Positions 1 through 21,475 of a stretch of DNA of 64,000 nucleotides are shown here, one piece after another (position 1 is the stretch's first letter; every line of letters starts with the position of its first letter). Origin of the DNA: the human T2T-CHM13v2.0 reference genome, Homo sapiens. The notes beneath the pieces are model-generated. The model saw only the letters and a program-made list of their open reading frames with translations. It made no database searches and was not told where the DNA came from. The DNA is taken from assembly GCF_009914755.1 (NCBI RefSeq), contig NC_060948.1. One strand, 5' to 3'. The position numbers were made by a program, and so were the translations under genes.

Positions 1-270
1 GAAAGACACAGCACAGACAGTGGTCCTTAGGACGAAGAGCAGGAGACCCCTAATTCCGTCACCATGGCGATAGGGCATAAACATTGCTGGGTAAGGGCCC
101 AATCCACATTGTGAGGTCCAACTGCTGCCAGGAAGACAGGAGTGCTTTTACATAGACCGAAAGGTCATTGAAGGCTCAGAGTTTTGTTTCAAGAACTGAA
201 TCCCAAGCCCACACGTTATTAGGCTGCGCTACTTAAAACAAGTTATGAGATGGGAAAAAGGGCACCCACA

Positions 271-2124
<1,854 letters not shown>

Positions 2125-2690
2125 AGATCCATATTTTTTAAATGAAAAAAAATTTCAAAGGTACTCTGCTTGGTACAATAATCAAATGTATAAACTGAGG
2201 AATAAAACATAACCATGAAACCTACTTATAACTGCATACGAAAAATGCAGAGGATAATTTTTTAAATAACATATTTTGAAAGCCTTAACTAGTAATTTGA
2301 AGAGTTGGCATTTGAAAGGCCAGGATGAATATACCTTCAAAGCAGCAACACAGGTTCCCCATGAGAAAAAGCAAACTCAGGGAAAATAAAACCACAAAGG
2401 TTCAATCTCTTCTGACCTTTGAAAGACACAGCACAGACAGTGGTCCTTAGGACGAAGAGCAGGAGACCCCTAATTCCGTCACCATGGCGATAGGGCATAA
2501 ACATTGCTGGGTGAGGGCACAATCCACATTGTGAGGTCCAACTGCTGCCAGGAAGACAGGAGTGCTTTTACATAGACCGAAAGGACATTGAAGGCTCAGA
2601 GTTTTGTTTCAAGAACTGAATCCCAAGCCCGCACGTTATTAGGCTGCGCTTCTTAAAACAAGTTATCAGATGGGAAAAAGGGCACCCACA
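2125..2690. repeat. HSATI-like complex segment of the unit (representative; follows every Alu; partial copy at 1-270)
   Basis: Non-Alu, non-simple sequence (agatccatattt...ggcacccaca) between the Alu 5' end and the AT block. The name is assigned from the known DYZ2 composition, not from an alignment. Confidence 0.75.
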
Positions 2691-4252
2691 AACATACGTA
2701 TACATTATGTATATAATAATATACAGTATCATATATATAATATATATAACCTATGTATAATATTGTTTTACATCCTGCATCTTATCTTATATATATTGTA
2801 TAAAATATAATAATTGATAATATATAAGTTCTATATTTATACAATATGACATATAGTATATATTATAATTTATGTCATATATAATATATGATATATATCA
2901 TATATAGAATATATTATACGGTTAATATACGTATTAAATATAAATTATACATTATATATATTATATATAATATATCTCTTATATATAATACCCATTATGC
3001 ATAATATATATATTATGTCTATGTTATATATAGTATAAAACAACACATAATAATATATAATTGTATGTATAAAATGCGACATATAATAGATAATATATTT
3101 TATGACATATGTAATATATATTATATATTATATATAATACGTTGTATGTATAATACCTATATTAAATATATATTATATGACTATGTTATTAATTACATGT
3201 CACATATGTTATATATTATATATTTTACATAGAATATACCGGTTACATACAATATATACTATGTTACCTATAATGTACAATTTATTACATGTAAAATAAA
3301 GAATGCAATATATTATGTATAATTTATAATATACAATATGTGGAATGTGATATATATAACATATAATATATGATATATGATATACAGTATATGATATATA
3401 ACATACAATATATGATACCTAATATATATGGTCTACAATATATATTTTATGATATGTATTCTATATGTTTTATATTCTGTTATATATAACTATTTGAAAT
3501 TATATATAACTGTATAATATTTTATGTAAATATGTAATATAATATATATAACTATATAATATATTATATATAACTATATATTATGTTATATATACTTTTA
3601 TAACATAATTTACTTAAAATATCATAATATAATATATATTATATTATTTCATATTACATAATATATATTACATATCACCCAATATAAGTAACATACATAA
3701 GATTATAATATAGATTATATTATGTTATATTAAATATCATATATATTATGTATCATATATTCTATAATATATATTATACATTATATAATATGTATGTTGT
3801 CTATTATGTGATATATATGACTAAATATATAATTATATTATTATACATATAACTAGATAAACATGTAATTCTACATATTTTCATTTATAATATATAGAAT
3901 TATATAATCATATATAATTATTTATATTCTATAAAAAATTATATCATTATATAAATTATAATATATAAAAATTATAATATGTACTACAAATATATATATT
4001 ATATATCATATATGATATAGTACCTTTGTTATATATCATATTACATATAAATGTGTATTATGTCATCTATAATTATATAATTTCATACATAAGATGTATA
4101 ATATGTATTATATATTTTATATGTTATGTAATATATATTGTATATATAAGATGACACAGGATAAATATTATATACTATGACATATAAAATATATGAGGTT
4201 ATATGTTACATATAAGGCATAGCACATAACATGTAATATATATCATATATAA

Positions 4253-4544
<292 letters not shown>

Positions 4545-6648
4545 AGATCCATATTTTTTAAATGAAAAAAAATTTCAAAGGTACTCTGCTTGGTACAATA
4601 ATCAAATGTATAAACTGAGGAATAAAACATAACCATGAAACCTACTTATAACTGCATATGGAAAATACAGAGGATAATTTTTTAAATACCATATTTTGAA
4701 AGCCTTAACTAGTAATTTGAAGAGTTGGCATTTGAAAGGCCAGTATGAATATACCTTCAAAGCAGCAACACAAGTTCCCCATGAGAAAAAGCAAACTCAG
4801 GGAAAATAAAACCACAAAGGTTCAATCTCTTCTGACCTTTGAAAGACACAGCACAGACAGTGGTCCTTAGGACGAAGAGCAGGAGACCCCTAATTCCGTC
4901 ACCATGGCGATAGGGCATAAACATTGCTGGGTGAGGGCACAATCCACATTGTGAGGTCCAACTGCTGCCAGGAAGACAGGAGTGCTTTTACATAGACCGA
5001 AAGGTCATTGAAGGCTCAGAGTTTTGTTTCAAGAACTGAATCCCAAGCCCACACGTTATTAGGCTGCGCTTCTTAAAACAAGTTATGAGATGGGAAAAAG
5101 GGCACCCACAAACATACGTATACATTATGTATATAATAATATACAGTATCATATGTATAATATATATAACCTATGTATAATATTGTTTTACATCCTGCAT
5201 CTTATATTATATATATTGTATAAAATATAATAATTGATAATATATAAGTTTTATATTTATACAATATGACATATAGTATATATTATAATTTATGACATAT
5301 ATAATATATGTTATATATCATATATAGAATATATTATACGGTTAATATACGTATTAAATATAAATTATACATTATATATATTATATATAATATATCTGTT
5401 ATATATAATACCCATTATGCATAATATATATATTATGTCTATGTTATATATAGTATAAAACAACACATAATAATATATAATTGTATATATAAAATGCGAC
5501 ATATAATATATATTATATTTTATGACATATGTAATATATATTATATATTATATATAATACTTTGTATGTATAATACCTATATTAAATATATATTATATTA
5601 CTATGTTATTAATTACATGTCACATATGTTATATATTATATATTTTACATAGAATATACCGGTTACATACAATATATACTATGTTACCTATAATGTATAA
5701 TTTATTACATGTAAAATAATGAATGCAATATATTATGTATAATTTAAAATATACAATATGTGGAATGTGATATATGTAACATATAATATATGATAGAGGA
5801 TATACAGTATATGATATATAACATACAATATATGATATCTAATATATATGGTATACAATATATATTTTATGATATGTATTCTATATGTTTTATATTCTGT
5901 TATATATAACTATTTGAAATTATATATAACTGTATAATATTTTATGTAAATATGTAATATAATATATATAACTATATAATATATTATATATAACTATATA
6001 TTATGTTATATATACTTTTATAACATAATTTACTTAAAATATCATAATATAATATATACTATATTATTTCATATTACATAATATATATTACATATCACCC
6101 AATATAAGTAACATACATAAGATTATAATATAGATTATATTATGTTACATTAAATATCATATATATCATGTATCATATATTCTATAATATATATATACAT
6201 TATATAATATGTATGTTGTCTATTATGTGATATATATAACTATAAATATAATTATATTATTATACATATAACTAGATAAACATGTAATTCTATATATTTT
6301 CATTTATAATATATAGAATTATATAATCATATATAATTATTTATATTCTATAAAAAATTATATCATTATATAAATTATAATATATAAAAATTATAATATG
6401 TACTACAAACAGATATATTATATATCATATATGATATAGTACCTTTGTTATATATCATATTACATATAAATGTGTATTATGTCATCTATAATTATATAAT
6501 TTCATATATAAGTTGTATAATATGTATTATATATTTTATATGTTATGTAATATATATTGTATATGTAAGATGACACAGGATAAATATTATATACTATGAC
6601 ATATAAAATATATGAGGTTATATGTTACATATAAGGCATAGCACATAA

Positions 6649-6963
<315 letters not shown>

Positions 6964-9065
6964 AGATCCATATTTTTTAAATGAAAAAAAATTTCAAAGG
7001 TACTCTGCTTGGTACAATAATCAAATGTATAAACTGAGGAATAAAACATAACCATGAAACCTACTTATAACTGCATACGGAAAATACAGAGGATAATTTT
7101 TTAAATAACATATTTTGAAAGCCTTAACTAGTAATTTGAAGAGTTGGCATTTGAAAGGCCAGTATGAATATACCTTCAAAGCAGCAACACAGGTTCCCCA
7201 TGAGAAAAAGCAAACTCAGGGAAAATAAAACCACAAAGGTTCAATCTCTTCTGACCTTTGAAAGACACAGCACAGACAGTGGTCCTTAGGACGAAGAGCA
7301 GGAGAACCCTAATTCCGTCACCATGGCGATAGGGCATAAGCATTGCTGGGTGAGGGCACAATCCACATTGTGAGGTCCAACTGCTGCCAGGAAGACAGGA
7401 GTGCTATTACATACACCGAAAGGTCATTGAAGGCTCAGAGTTTTGTTTCAAGAACTGAATCCCAAGCCCACACGTTATTAGGCTGCGCTTCTTAAAACAA
7501 GTTATGAGATGGGAAAAAGGGCACCCACAAACATATGTATACATTATGTATATAATAATATACAGTATCATATATATAATATATATAACCTATGTATAAT
7601 ATTGTTTTACATCCTGCATCTTTTATTATATATATTGTATAAAATATAATAATTGATAATATATGTTTCATATTTATACAATATGACTTATAGATATATT
7701 ATAATTTATGACATATATAATATATGTTATATATCATATATAGAATATATTATACGGTTAATATACGTATTAAATATAAATTATATATTATATATATTAT
7801 ATATAATATATCTGTTATATATAATACCCATTATGCATAATATATATATTATGTCTATGTTATATATAGTATAAAACAACACATAATAATATACAATTGT
7901 ATATATAAAATGCGACATATAATATATATTATATTTTATGACATATGTAATATATATTATATATTATATATAATACGTTGTAGGTATAATTCCTATATTA
8001 AATATATATTATAGGACTATGTTATTAATTACATGTCACATATGTTATATATTATATATTTTACATAGAATATACCGGTTACATACAATATATACTATGT
8101 TACCTATAATGTATAATTTATTACATGTAAAATAAAGATTGCAATATACTATGTATAATTTATAGTATACAATATGTGGATTGTGATATATATAACATAT
8201 AATATATGATATATGATATACAGTATATGATATATAACATACAATATATGATACCTAATATATATGGTATACAATATATATTTTATGATATGTATTCTCT
8301 ATGTTTTATATTCTGTTATATATAACTATTTGAAATTATATATAACTGTATAATATTTTATGTAAATATGTAATATAATATATATAACTATATAATATAT
8401 TATATATAACTATATATTATGTTATATATAGTTTTATAACATAATTTACATAAAATATCATAATATAATATATATTATATTATTTCATATTACATAATAT
8501 ATATTACATATCACCCAATATAAGTAACATACATAATATTATAATATAGATTATATTATGTTATATTAAATATCATATATATCATGTATCATATATTCTA
8601 TAATATATATTACACATTATATAATATGTATGTTGTCTATTATGTGATATATAGAACTATATATATAATTATATTATTATACATATAACTACATAAACAT
8701 GTAATTCTACATATTTTCATTTATAATATATAGAATTATATAATCATATATAATTATTTATATTCTATAAAAAATTATATCATTATATAAATTATAATAT
8801 ATAAAAATTATAATATGTACTACAAACTGATATATTATATATCATATATGATACAGTACCTTTGTTATACATCATATAACATATAAATGTGTATTATGTC
8901 ATCAATAATTATATAATTACATACATAAGATGTATAATATGTATTATATATTATATATGTTATGTAATATATATAGTATATATAAGCTGACACAGCATAA
9001 ATATTATATACTATGACATATAAAATATATGAGGTTATATGTTACATATAAGGCATAGCACATAA

Positions 9066-9380
<315 letters not shown>

Positions 9381-11508
9381 AGATCCATATTTTTTAAATG
9401 AAAAAAAATTTCAAAGGTACTCTGCTTGGTACAATAATCAAATGTATAAACTGAGGAATAAAACATAACCATGAAACCTACTTATAACTGCATACGAAAA
9501 ATGCAGAGGATAATTTTTTAAATAACATATTTTGAAAGCCTTAACTAGTAATTTGAAGAGTTGGCATTTGAAAGGCCAGGATGAATGTACCTTCAAAGCA
9601 GCAACACAGGTTCCCCATGAGAAAAAGCAAACTCAGGGAAAATAAAACCACAAAGGTTCAATCTCTTCTGACCTTTGAAAGACACAGCACAGACAGTGGT
9701 CCTTAGGACGAAGAGCAGGAGACCCCTAATTCCGTCACCATGGCGATAGGGCATAAACATTGCTGGGTGAGGGCACAATCCACATTGTGAGGTCCAACTG
9801 CTGCCAGGAAGACAGGAGTGCTTTTACATAGACCGAAAGGACATTGAAGGCTCAGAGTTTTGTTTCAAGAACTGAATCCCAAGCCCACACGTTATTAGGC
9901 TGCGCTTCTTAAAACAAGTTATCAGATGGGAAAAAGGGCACCCACAAACATACGTATACATTATGTATATAATAATATACAGTATCATATATATAATATA
10001 TATAACCTATGTATAATATTGTTTTACATCCTGCATCTTATCTTATATATATTGTATAAAATATAATAATTGATAATATATAAGTTCTATATTTATACAA
10101 TATGACATATAGTATATATTATAATTTATGTCATATATAATATATGATATATATCATATATAGAATATATTATACGGTTAATATACGTATTAAATATAAA
10201 TTATACATTATATATATTATATATAATATATCTCTTATATATAATACCCATTATGCATAATATATATATTATGTCTATGTTATATATAGTATAAAACAAC
10301 ACATAATAATATATAATTGTATGTATAAAATGCGACATATAATAGATAATATATTTTATGACATATGTAATATATATTATATATTATATATAATACGTTG
10401 TATGTATAATACCTATATTAAATATATATTATATGACTATGTTATTAATTACATGTCACATATGTTATATATTATATATTTTACATAGAATATACCGGTT
10501 ACATACAATATATACTATGTTACCTATAATGTACAATTTATTACATGTAAAATAAAGAATGCAATATATTATGTATAATTTATAATATACAATATGTGGA
10601 ATGTGATATATATAACATATAATATATGATATATGATATACAGTATATGATATATAACATACAATATATGATACCTAATATATATGGTCTACAATATATA
10701 TTTTATGATATGTATTCTATATGTTTTATATTCTGTTATATATAACTATTTGAAATTATATATAACTGTATAATATTTTATGTAAATATGTAATATAATA
10801 TATATAACTATATAATATATTATATATAACTATATATTATGTTATATATACTTTTATAACATAATTTACTTAAAATATCATAATATAATATATATTATAT
10901 TATTTCATATTACATAATATATATTACATATCACCCAATATAAGTAACATACATAAGATTATAATATAGATTATATTATGTTATATTAAATATCATATAT
11001 ATTATGTATCATATATTCTATAATATATATTATACATTATATAATATGTATGTTGTCTATTATGTGATATATATGACTAAATATATAATTATATTATTAT
11101 ACATATAACTAGATAAACATGTAATTCTACATATTTTCATTTATAATATATAGAATTATATAATCATATATAATTATTTATATTCTATAAAAAATTATAT
11201 CATTATATAAATTATAATATATAAAAATTATAATATGTACTACAAATATATATATTATATATCATATATGATATAGTACCTTTGTTATATATCATATTAC
11301 ATATAAATGTGTATTATGTCATCTATAATTATATAATTTCATACATAAGATGTATAATATGTATTATATATTTTATATGTTATGTAATATATATTGTATA
11401 TATAAGATGACACAGGATAAATATTATATACTATGACATATAAAATATATGAGGTTATATGTTACATATAAGGCATAGCACATAACATGTAATATATATC
11501 ATATATAA

Positions 11509-11800
<292 letters not shown>

Positions 11801-13904
11801 AGATCCATATTTTTTAAATGAAAAAAAATTTCAAAGGTACTCTGCTTGGTACAATAATCAAATGTATAAACTGAGGAATAAAACATAACCATGAAACCTA
11901 CTTATAACTGCATATGGAAAATACAGAGGATAATTTTTTAAATACCATATTTTGAAAGCCTTAACTAGTAATTTGAAGAGTTGGCATTTGAAAGGCCAGT
12001 ATGAATATACCTTCAAAGCAGCAACACAAGTTCCCCATGAGAAAAAGCAAACTCAGGGAAAATAAAACCACAAAGGTTCAATCTCTTCTGACCTTTGAAA
12101 GACACAGCACAGACAGTGGTCCTTGGGACGAAGAGCAGGAGACCCCTAATTCCGTCACCATGGCGATAGGGCATAAACATTGCTGGGTGAGGGCACAATC
12201 CACATTGTGAGGTCCAACTGCTGCCAGGAAGACAGGAGTGCTTTTACATAGACCGAAAGGTCATTGAAGGCTCAGAGTTTTGTTTCAAGAACTGAATCCC
12301 AAGCCCACACGTTATTAGGCTGCGCTTCTTAAAACAAGTTATGAGATGGGAAAAAGGGCACCCACAAACATACGTATACATTATGTATATAATAATATAC
12401 AGTATCATATGTATAATATATATAACCTATGTATAATATTGTTTTACATCCTGCATCTTATATTATATATATTGTATAAAATATAATAATTGATAATATA
12501 TAAGTTTTATATTTATACAATATGACATATAGTATATATTATAATTTATGACATATATAATATATGTTATATATCATATATAGAATATATTATACGGTTA
12601 ATATACGTATTAAATATAAATTATACATTATATATATTATATATAATATATCTGTTATATATAATACCCATTATGCATAATATATATATTATGTCTATGT
12701 TATATATAGTATAAAACAACACATAATAATATATAATTGTATATATAAAATGCGACATATAATATATATTATATTTTATGACATATGTAATATATATTAT
12801 ATATTATATATAATACTTTGTATGTATAATACCTATATTAAATATATATTATATTACTATGTTATTAATTACATGTCACATATGTTATATATTATATATT
12901 TTACATAGAATATACCGGTTACATACAATATATACTATGTTACCTATAATGTATAATTTATTACATGTAAAATAATGAATGCAATATATTATGTATAATT
13001 TAAAATATACAATATGTGGAATGTGATATATATAACATATAATATATGATAGAGGATATACAGTATATGATATATAACATACAATATATGATATCTAATA
13101 TATATGGTATACAATATATATTTTATGATATGTATTCTATATGTTTTATATTCTGTTATATATAACTATTTGAAATTATATATAACTGTATAATATTTTA
13201 TGTAAATATGTAATATAATATATATAACTATATAATATATTATATATAACTATATATTATGTTATATATACTTTTATAACATAATTTACTTAAAATATCA
13301 TAATATAATATATACTATATTATTTCATATTACATAATATATATTACATATCACCCAATATAAGTAACATACATAAGATTATAATATAGATTATATTATG
13401 TTACATTAAATATCATATATATCATGTATCATATATTCTATAATATATATATACATTATATAATATGTATGTTGTCTATTATGTGATATATATAACTATA
13501 AATATAATTATATTATTATACATATAACTAGATAAACATGTAATTCTACATATTTTCATTTATAATATATAGAATTATATAATCATATATAATTATTTAT
13601 ATTCTATAAAAAATTATATCATTATATAAATTATAATATATAAAAATTATAATATGTACTACAAACAGATATATTATATATCATATATGATATAGTACCT
13701 TTGTTATATATCATATTACATATAAATGTGTATTATGTCATCTATAATTATATAATTTCATATATAAGTTGTATAATATGTATTATATATTTTATATGTT
13801 ATGTAATATATATTGTATATGTAAGATGACACAGGATAAATATTATATACTATGACATATAAAATATATGAGGTTATATGTTACATATAAGGCATAGCAC
13901 ATAA

Positions 13905-14219
<315 letters not shown>

Positions 14220-16318
14220 AGATCCATATTTTTTAAATGAAAAAAAATTTCAAAGGTACTCTGTTTGGTACAATAATCAAATGTATAAACTGAGGAATAA
14301 AACATAACCATGAAACCTACTTATAACTGCATACGGAAAATACAGAGGATAATTTTTTAAATAACATATTTTGAAAGCCTTAACTAGTAATTTGAAGAGT
14401 TGGCATTTGAAAGGCCAGTATGAATATACCTTCAAAGCAGCAACACAGGTTCCCCATGAGAAAAAGCAAACTCAGGGAAAATAAAACCACAAAGGTTCAA
14501 TCTCTTCTGACCTTTGAAAGACACAGCACAGACAGTGGTCCTTAGGACGAAGAGCAGGAGAACCCTAATTCCGTCACCATGGCGATAGGGCATAAGCATT
14601 GCTGGGTGAGGGCACAATCCACATTGTGAGGTCCAACTGCTGCCAGGAAGACAGGAGTGCTATTACATACACCGAAAGGTCATTGAAGGCTCAGAGTTTT
14701 GTTTCAAGAACTGAATCCCAAGCCCACACGTTATTAGGCTGCGCTTCTTAAAACAAGTTATGAGATGGGAAAAAGGGCACCCACAAACATATGTATACAT
14801 TATGTATATAATAATATACAGTATCATATATATAATATATATAACCTATGTATAATATTGTTTTACATCCTGCATCTTATATTATATATATTGTATAAAA
14901 TATAATAATTGATAATATATGTTTCATATTTATACAATATGACATATAGATATATTATAATTTATGACATATATAATATATGTTATATATCATATATAGA
15001 ATATATTATACCGTTAATATACGTATTAAATATAAATTATATATTATATATATTATATATAATATATCTGTTATATATAATACCCATTATGCATAATATA
15101 TATATTATGTCTATGTTATATATAGTATAAAACAACATATAATATATAATTGTATATATAAAATGCGACATATAATATATATTATATTTTATGACATATG
15201 TAATATATATTATATATTATATATAATACGTTGTAGGTATAATACCTATATTAAATATATATTATATGACTATGTTATTAATTACATGTCACATATGTTA
15301 TATAGTATATATTTTGCATAGAATATACCGGTTACATACAATATACACTATGTTACCTATAATGAATAATTTATTACATGTAAAATAAAGAATGCAATAT
15401 ATGATGTATAATTTATAATATACAATATGTGGAATGTGATATATATAACATATAATATATGATATATGATATACAGTATATGGTATATAACATACAATAT
15501 ATGATTCCTAATATATATGGTATACAATATATATTTTATGATATGTATTCTCTATGTTTTATATTCTGTTATATATAACTATTTGAAATTATATATAACT
15601 GTATAATATTTTATGTAAATATGTAATATAATATATATAACTATATAATATATTATATATAACTATATATTATGTTATATATACTTTTATAAAATAAATT
15701 ACATAAAATATCATAATATAATATATAATATATTATTTCATATTACATAATATATATTACATATCACCCAATATAAGAAACATACATAATATTATAATAT
15801 AGATTATATTATGTTATATTAAATATCATATATATCATGTGTCATATATTCCATAATATATTTTATACATTACATAATATGTATGTTGTCTATTATGTGA
15901 TATATATAACTATATATATAATTATATTATTATACATATAACTAGATAAACATGTAATTCTACATATTTTCATTTTTAATATATAGAATTATATAATCAT
16001 ATATAATTATTTATATTCTATAAAAAATTATATCATTATATAAATTATAATATATAAAAATTATAATATATACTACAAAAATATATATTATATATCATAT
16101 ATGATATATTACCTTTGTTATATATCATAATACATATAAATGTGTATTATGTCATCTATAATTATATAATTTCATATATAAGATGTATAATATGTATTAT
16201 ATATTATATATGATATGTAATATATATAGTATATATAAGATGACACAGGATAAATATTATATACTATGACATATAAAATATATGAGGTTATATGTTACAT
16301 ATAAGGCATAGCACATAA

Positions 16319-16633
<315 letters not shown>

Positions 16634-18738
16634 CGATCCATATTTTTTAAATGAAAAAAAATTTCAAAGGTACTCTGCTTGGTACAATAATCAAATGTAT
16701 AAACTGAGGAATAAAACATAACCATGAAACCTACTTATAACTGCATATGGAAAATACAGAGGATAATTTTTTAAATAACATATTTTGAAAGCCTTAACTA
16801 GTAATTTGAAGAGTTGGCATTTGAAAGGCCAGTATGAATATACCTTCAAAGCAGCAACACAGGTTCCCCATGAGAAAAAGCAAACTCAGGGAAAATAAAA
16901 CCACAAAGGTTCAATCTCTTCTGACCTTTGAAAGACACAGCACAGACAGTCGTCCTTAGGACGAAGAGCAGGAGACCCCTAATTCCGTCACCATGGCGAT
17001 AGGGCATAAGCATTGCTGGGTGAGGGCACAATCCACATTGTGAGGTCCAACTGCTGCCAGGAAGACAGGAGTGCTTTTACATAGACCGAAAGGTCATTGA
17101 AGGCTCAGAGTTTTGTTTCAAGAACTGAATCCCAAGCCCTCACGTTATTAGGCTGCGCTTCTTAAAACAAGTTATGAGATGGGAAAAAGGTCACCCACAA
17201 ACATACGTATACATTATGTATATAATAATATACAGTATCATATATATAATATATATAACCTATGTATAATATTGTTTTACATCCTGCATCTTATATTATA
17301 TATATTGTATAAAATATAATAATTGATAATATATAAGTTTTATATTTATACAATATGACATATAGTATATATTATAATTTATGACATATATAATATATGT
17401 TATATATTATATATAGAATATATTATACGGTTAATATACGTATTAAATATAAATTATACATTATATATATTATATATAATATATCTGTTATATATAATAC
17501 CCATTATGCATAATATATATATTATGTCTATGTTATATATAGTGTAAAACAACATATAATAATATATAATTGTATATATAAAATGCGACATGTAATATAT
17601 ATTATATTTTATGACATATGTAATATATATTATATATTATATATAATACGTTGTATGTATAATACCTATATTAAATATATATTATATGACTATGTTATTA
17701 ATTACATGTCACATGTGTTATATAGTATATATTTTGAATAGAATATACCGGTTACATACAATATATACTATGTTACCTATAATGTATAATTTATTATATG
17801 TAAAATAAAGAATGCAATATATTATGTATAATTTATAATATACAATATGTGGAATGTGATATATATAACATATAATATATGATATATGATATACAGTATA
17901 TGATATATAACATACAATATATGATACCTAATATATATGGTGTACAATATATATTTTATGATATGTATTCTCTATGTTTTATATTCTGTTATATATAACT
18001 ATTTAAAATTATATATAAATGTATAATATTTTATGTAAATATGTAATATAATATATATAACTATATAATGTATTATATATAACTATATATTATGTTATAT
18101 ATACTTTTATAAAATAAATTACATAAAATATCATAATATAATATATATTATATTATTTCATATTACTTAAGATATATTACATATCACCCAATATAAGTAA
18201 CATACATAATATTATAATATAGATTATATTATGTTATATTAAATATCATATATATCATGTATCATATATTCCATAATATATTTTATACATTATATAATAT
18301 GTATGTTGTCAATTATGTGATATATATAACTTTATATATAATTATATTATTATACATATAACTAGATAAACATGTAATTCTACATATTTTCATTTATAAT
18401 ATATAGAATTATATAATCATATATAATTATTTATATTCTATAAAAAATTATGTCATTATATAAATTATAATATATAAAAATTATAATATATACTACAAAT
18501 ATATATATTATATATCATATATGATATAGTACCTTTGTTATATATCATAATACATATAAATGTGTATTATGTTATCTATAATTATATAATTTCATATATA
18601 AGATGTATAATATGTATTATATATTATATATGATATGTAATATATATAGTATGTATAAGATGACACAGGATAAATATTATATACTATGACATATAAAATA
18701 TATGAGGTTATATGTTACATATAAGGCATAGCACATAA

Positions 18739-19054
<316 letters not shown>

Positions 19055-21159
19055 AGATCCATATTTTTTAAATGAAAAAACGTTTCAAAGGTACTCTGCT
19101 TGGTACAATAATCAAATGTATAAACTGAGGAATAAAACATAAGCATGAAACCTACTTATAACAGCATATGGAAAATACAGAGGATAATTTTTTAAATAAC
19201 ATATTTTGAAAGCCTTAACTAGTAATTTGAAGAGTTGGCATTTGAAAGGCCAGTATGAATATACCTTCAAAGCAGCAACACAGGTTCCCCATGAGAAAAA
19301 GCAAACTCAGGGAAAATAAAACCACAAAGGTTCAATCTCTTCTGACCTTGGAAAGACACAGCACAGACAGTGGTCCTTAGGACGAAGAGCAGGAGACCCC
19401 TAATTCCGTCACCATGGCGATAGGGCATAAACATTGCTGGGTGAGGGCACAATCCACATTGTGAGGTCCAACTGCTGCCAGGAAGACAGGAGTGCTTTTA
19501 CATAGACCGAAAGGTCATTGAAGGCTCAGAGTTTTGTTTCAAGCACTGAATCCCAAGCCCACACGTTATTAGGCTGCGCTTCTTAAAACAAGTTATGAGA
19601 TGGGAAAAAGGGCACCCACAAACATACGTATACATTATGTATATAATAATATACAGTATCATATATATAATGTATATAACCTATGTATAATATTGTTTTA
19701 CATCCTGCATCTTATATTATATATATTGTATAAAATAAAATAATTGATAATATATATGTTTTATATTTATACAATATGACATATAGTATATATTATAATT
19801 TATGACATATATTATATATGTTATATATCATATATGGAATATATTATACGGTTAATATTCGTATTAAATATAAATTATACATTATATATATTATATATAA
19901 TATATCTGTTATATATAATACGCATTATGCATAATATATATATTATGTCTATGTTATATATAGTATAAAACAACATATAATAATATATAATTGTATATAT
20001 AAAATGCGACATATAATATATATTATATTTTATGACATATGTAATATATATTATATATTATATATAATACGTTGTATGTATAATACCTATATTAAATATA
20101 TATTATATGACTATGTTATTAATTACATGTCACATATGTTATATATTATATATTTTACATAGAATATGCCGGTTACATACAATATATACTATGTTACCCA
20201 TAATGAATAATTTATTACATGTAAAATAAAGAATGCAATATATTATGTATAATTTATAATATACAATATGTGGAATGTGATACATATAACATATAATATA
20301 TGATATATGATATACAGTATATGATATATAACATACAATATATGATACCTAATATATATGGAATATAATATATATTTTATGATATGTATCCTATATGTTT
20401 TATATTCTGTTATATATAACTATTTGAAATTATATATAACTGTGTAATATTTTATGTAAATATGTAATATAATATATACAACTATATAATATACTATATA
20501 TAACTATATATTATGTTATATATACTTTTATAACATAATTTACATAAAATATCATAATAAAATATATGTTATATTATTTCACATTACGTAATGTATATTA
20601 CATATCACCCAATATAAGTAACATACATAATATTATAATATAGATTATATTATGTTATATTAAATCTCATATATATCATGTATCATATATTCTATAATAT
20701 ATATTATACATTATATAATATGTATGTTGTCTATTATGTGAGATATATAACTGTATATATAATTATATTATTATACATATAACTAGATAAACATGTAATT
20801 CTACATATTTTCCTTTATAATATATAGAATTATATAATCATATATAATTATTTATATTCTATAAAAAATTATATCATTATATAAATTATAATATTTAAAA
20901 ACTATAATATGTACTACAAATATATATGTTATATATCATATATGATATAGTACCTTTGTTATATATCATAATACATATAAATGTGTATTATGTTATCTAT
21001 AATTATATAATTTCATTTATAAGATGTATAATATGTATTATATATTATATACGTTATGTAATATATATAGTATATTTAACCTGACACAGGATAAATATTA
21101 TATACTATGACATATAAAATATATGAGGTTATATGTTACATATAAGGCATAGCATATAA

Positions 21160-21475
<316 letters not shown>

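Noticed and set aside
2337-2522. Recurring 61-aa minus-strand ORF (MCPHPAMF...) in 25 units
   Set aside because: It begins at TTG rather than ATG, has no recognisable domain, and is lost by TGC>TGA near 43630. Most variants I could see change the amino acid. Its recurrence is explained by repeat identity.
12001-12210. 69-aa plus-strand ORF (MNIPSK...)
   Set aside because: It is open in one unit only, through a single TAG>TGG change at 12125; the trimer partner keeps the stop.
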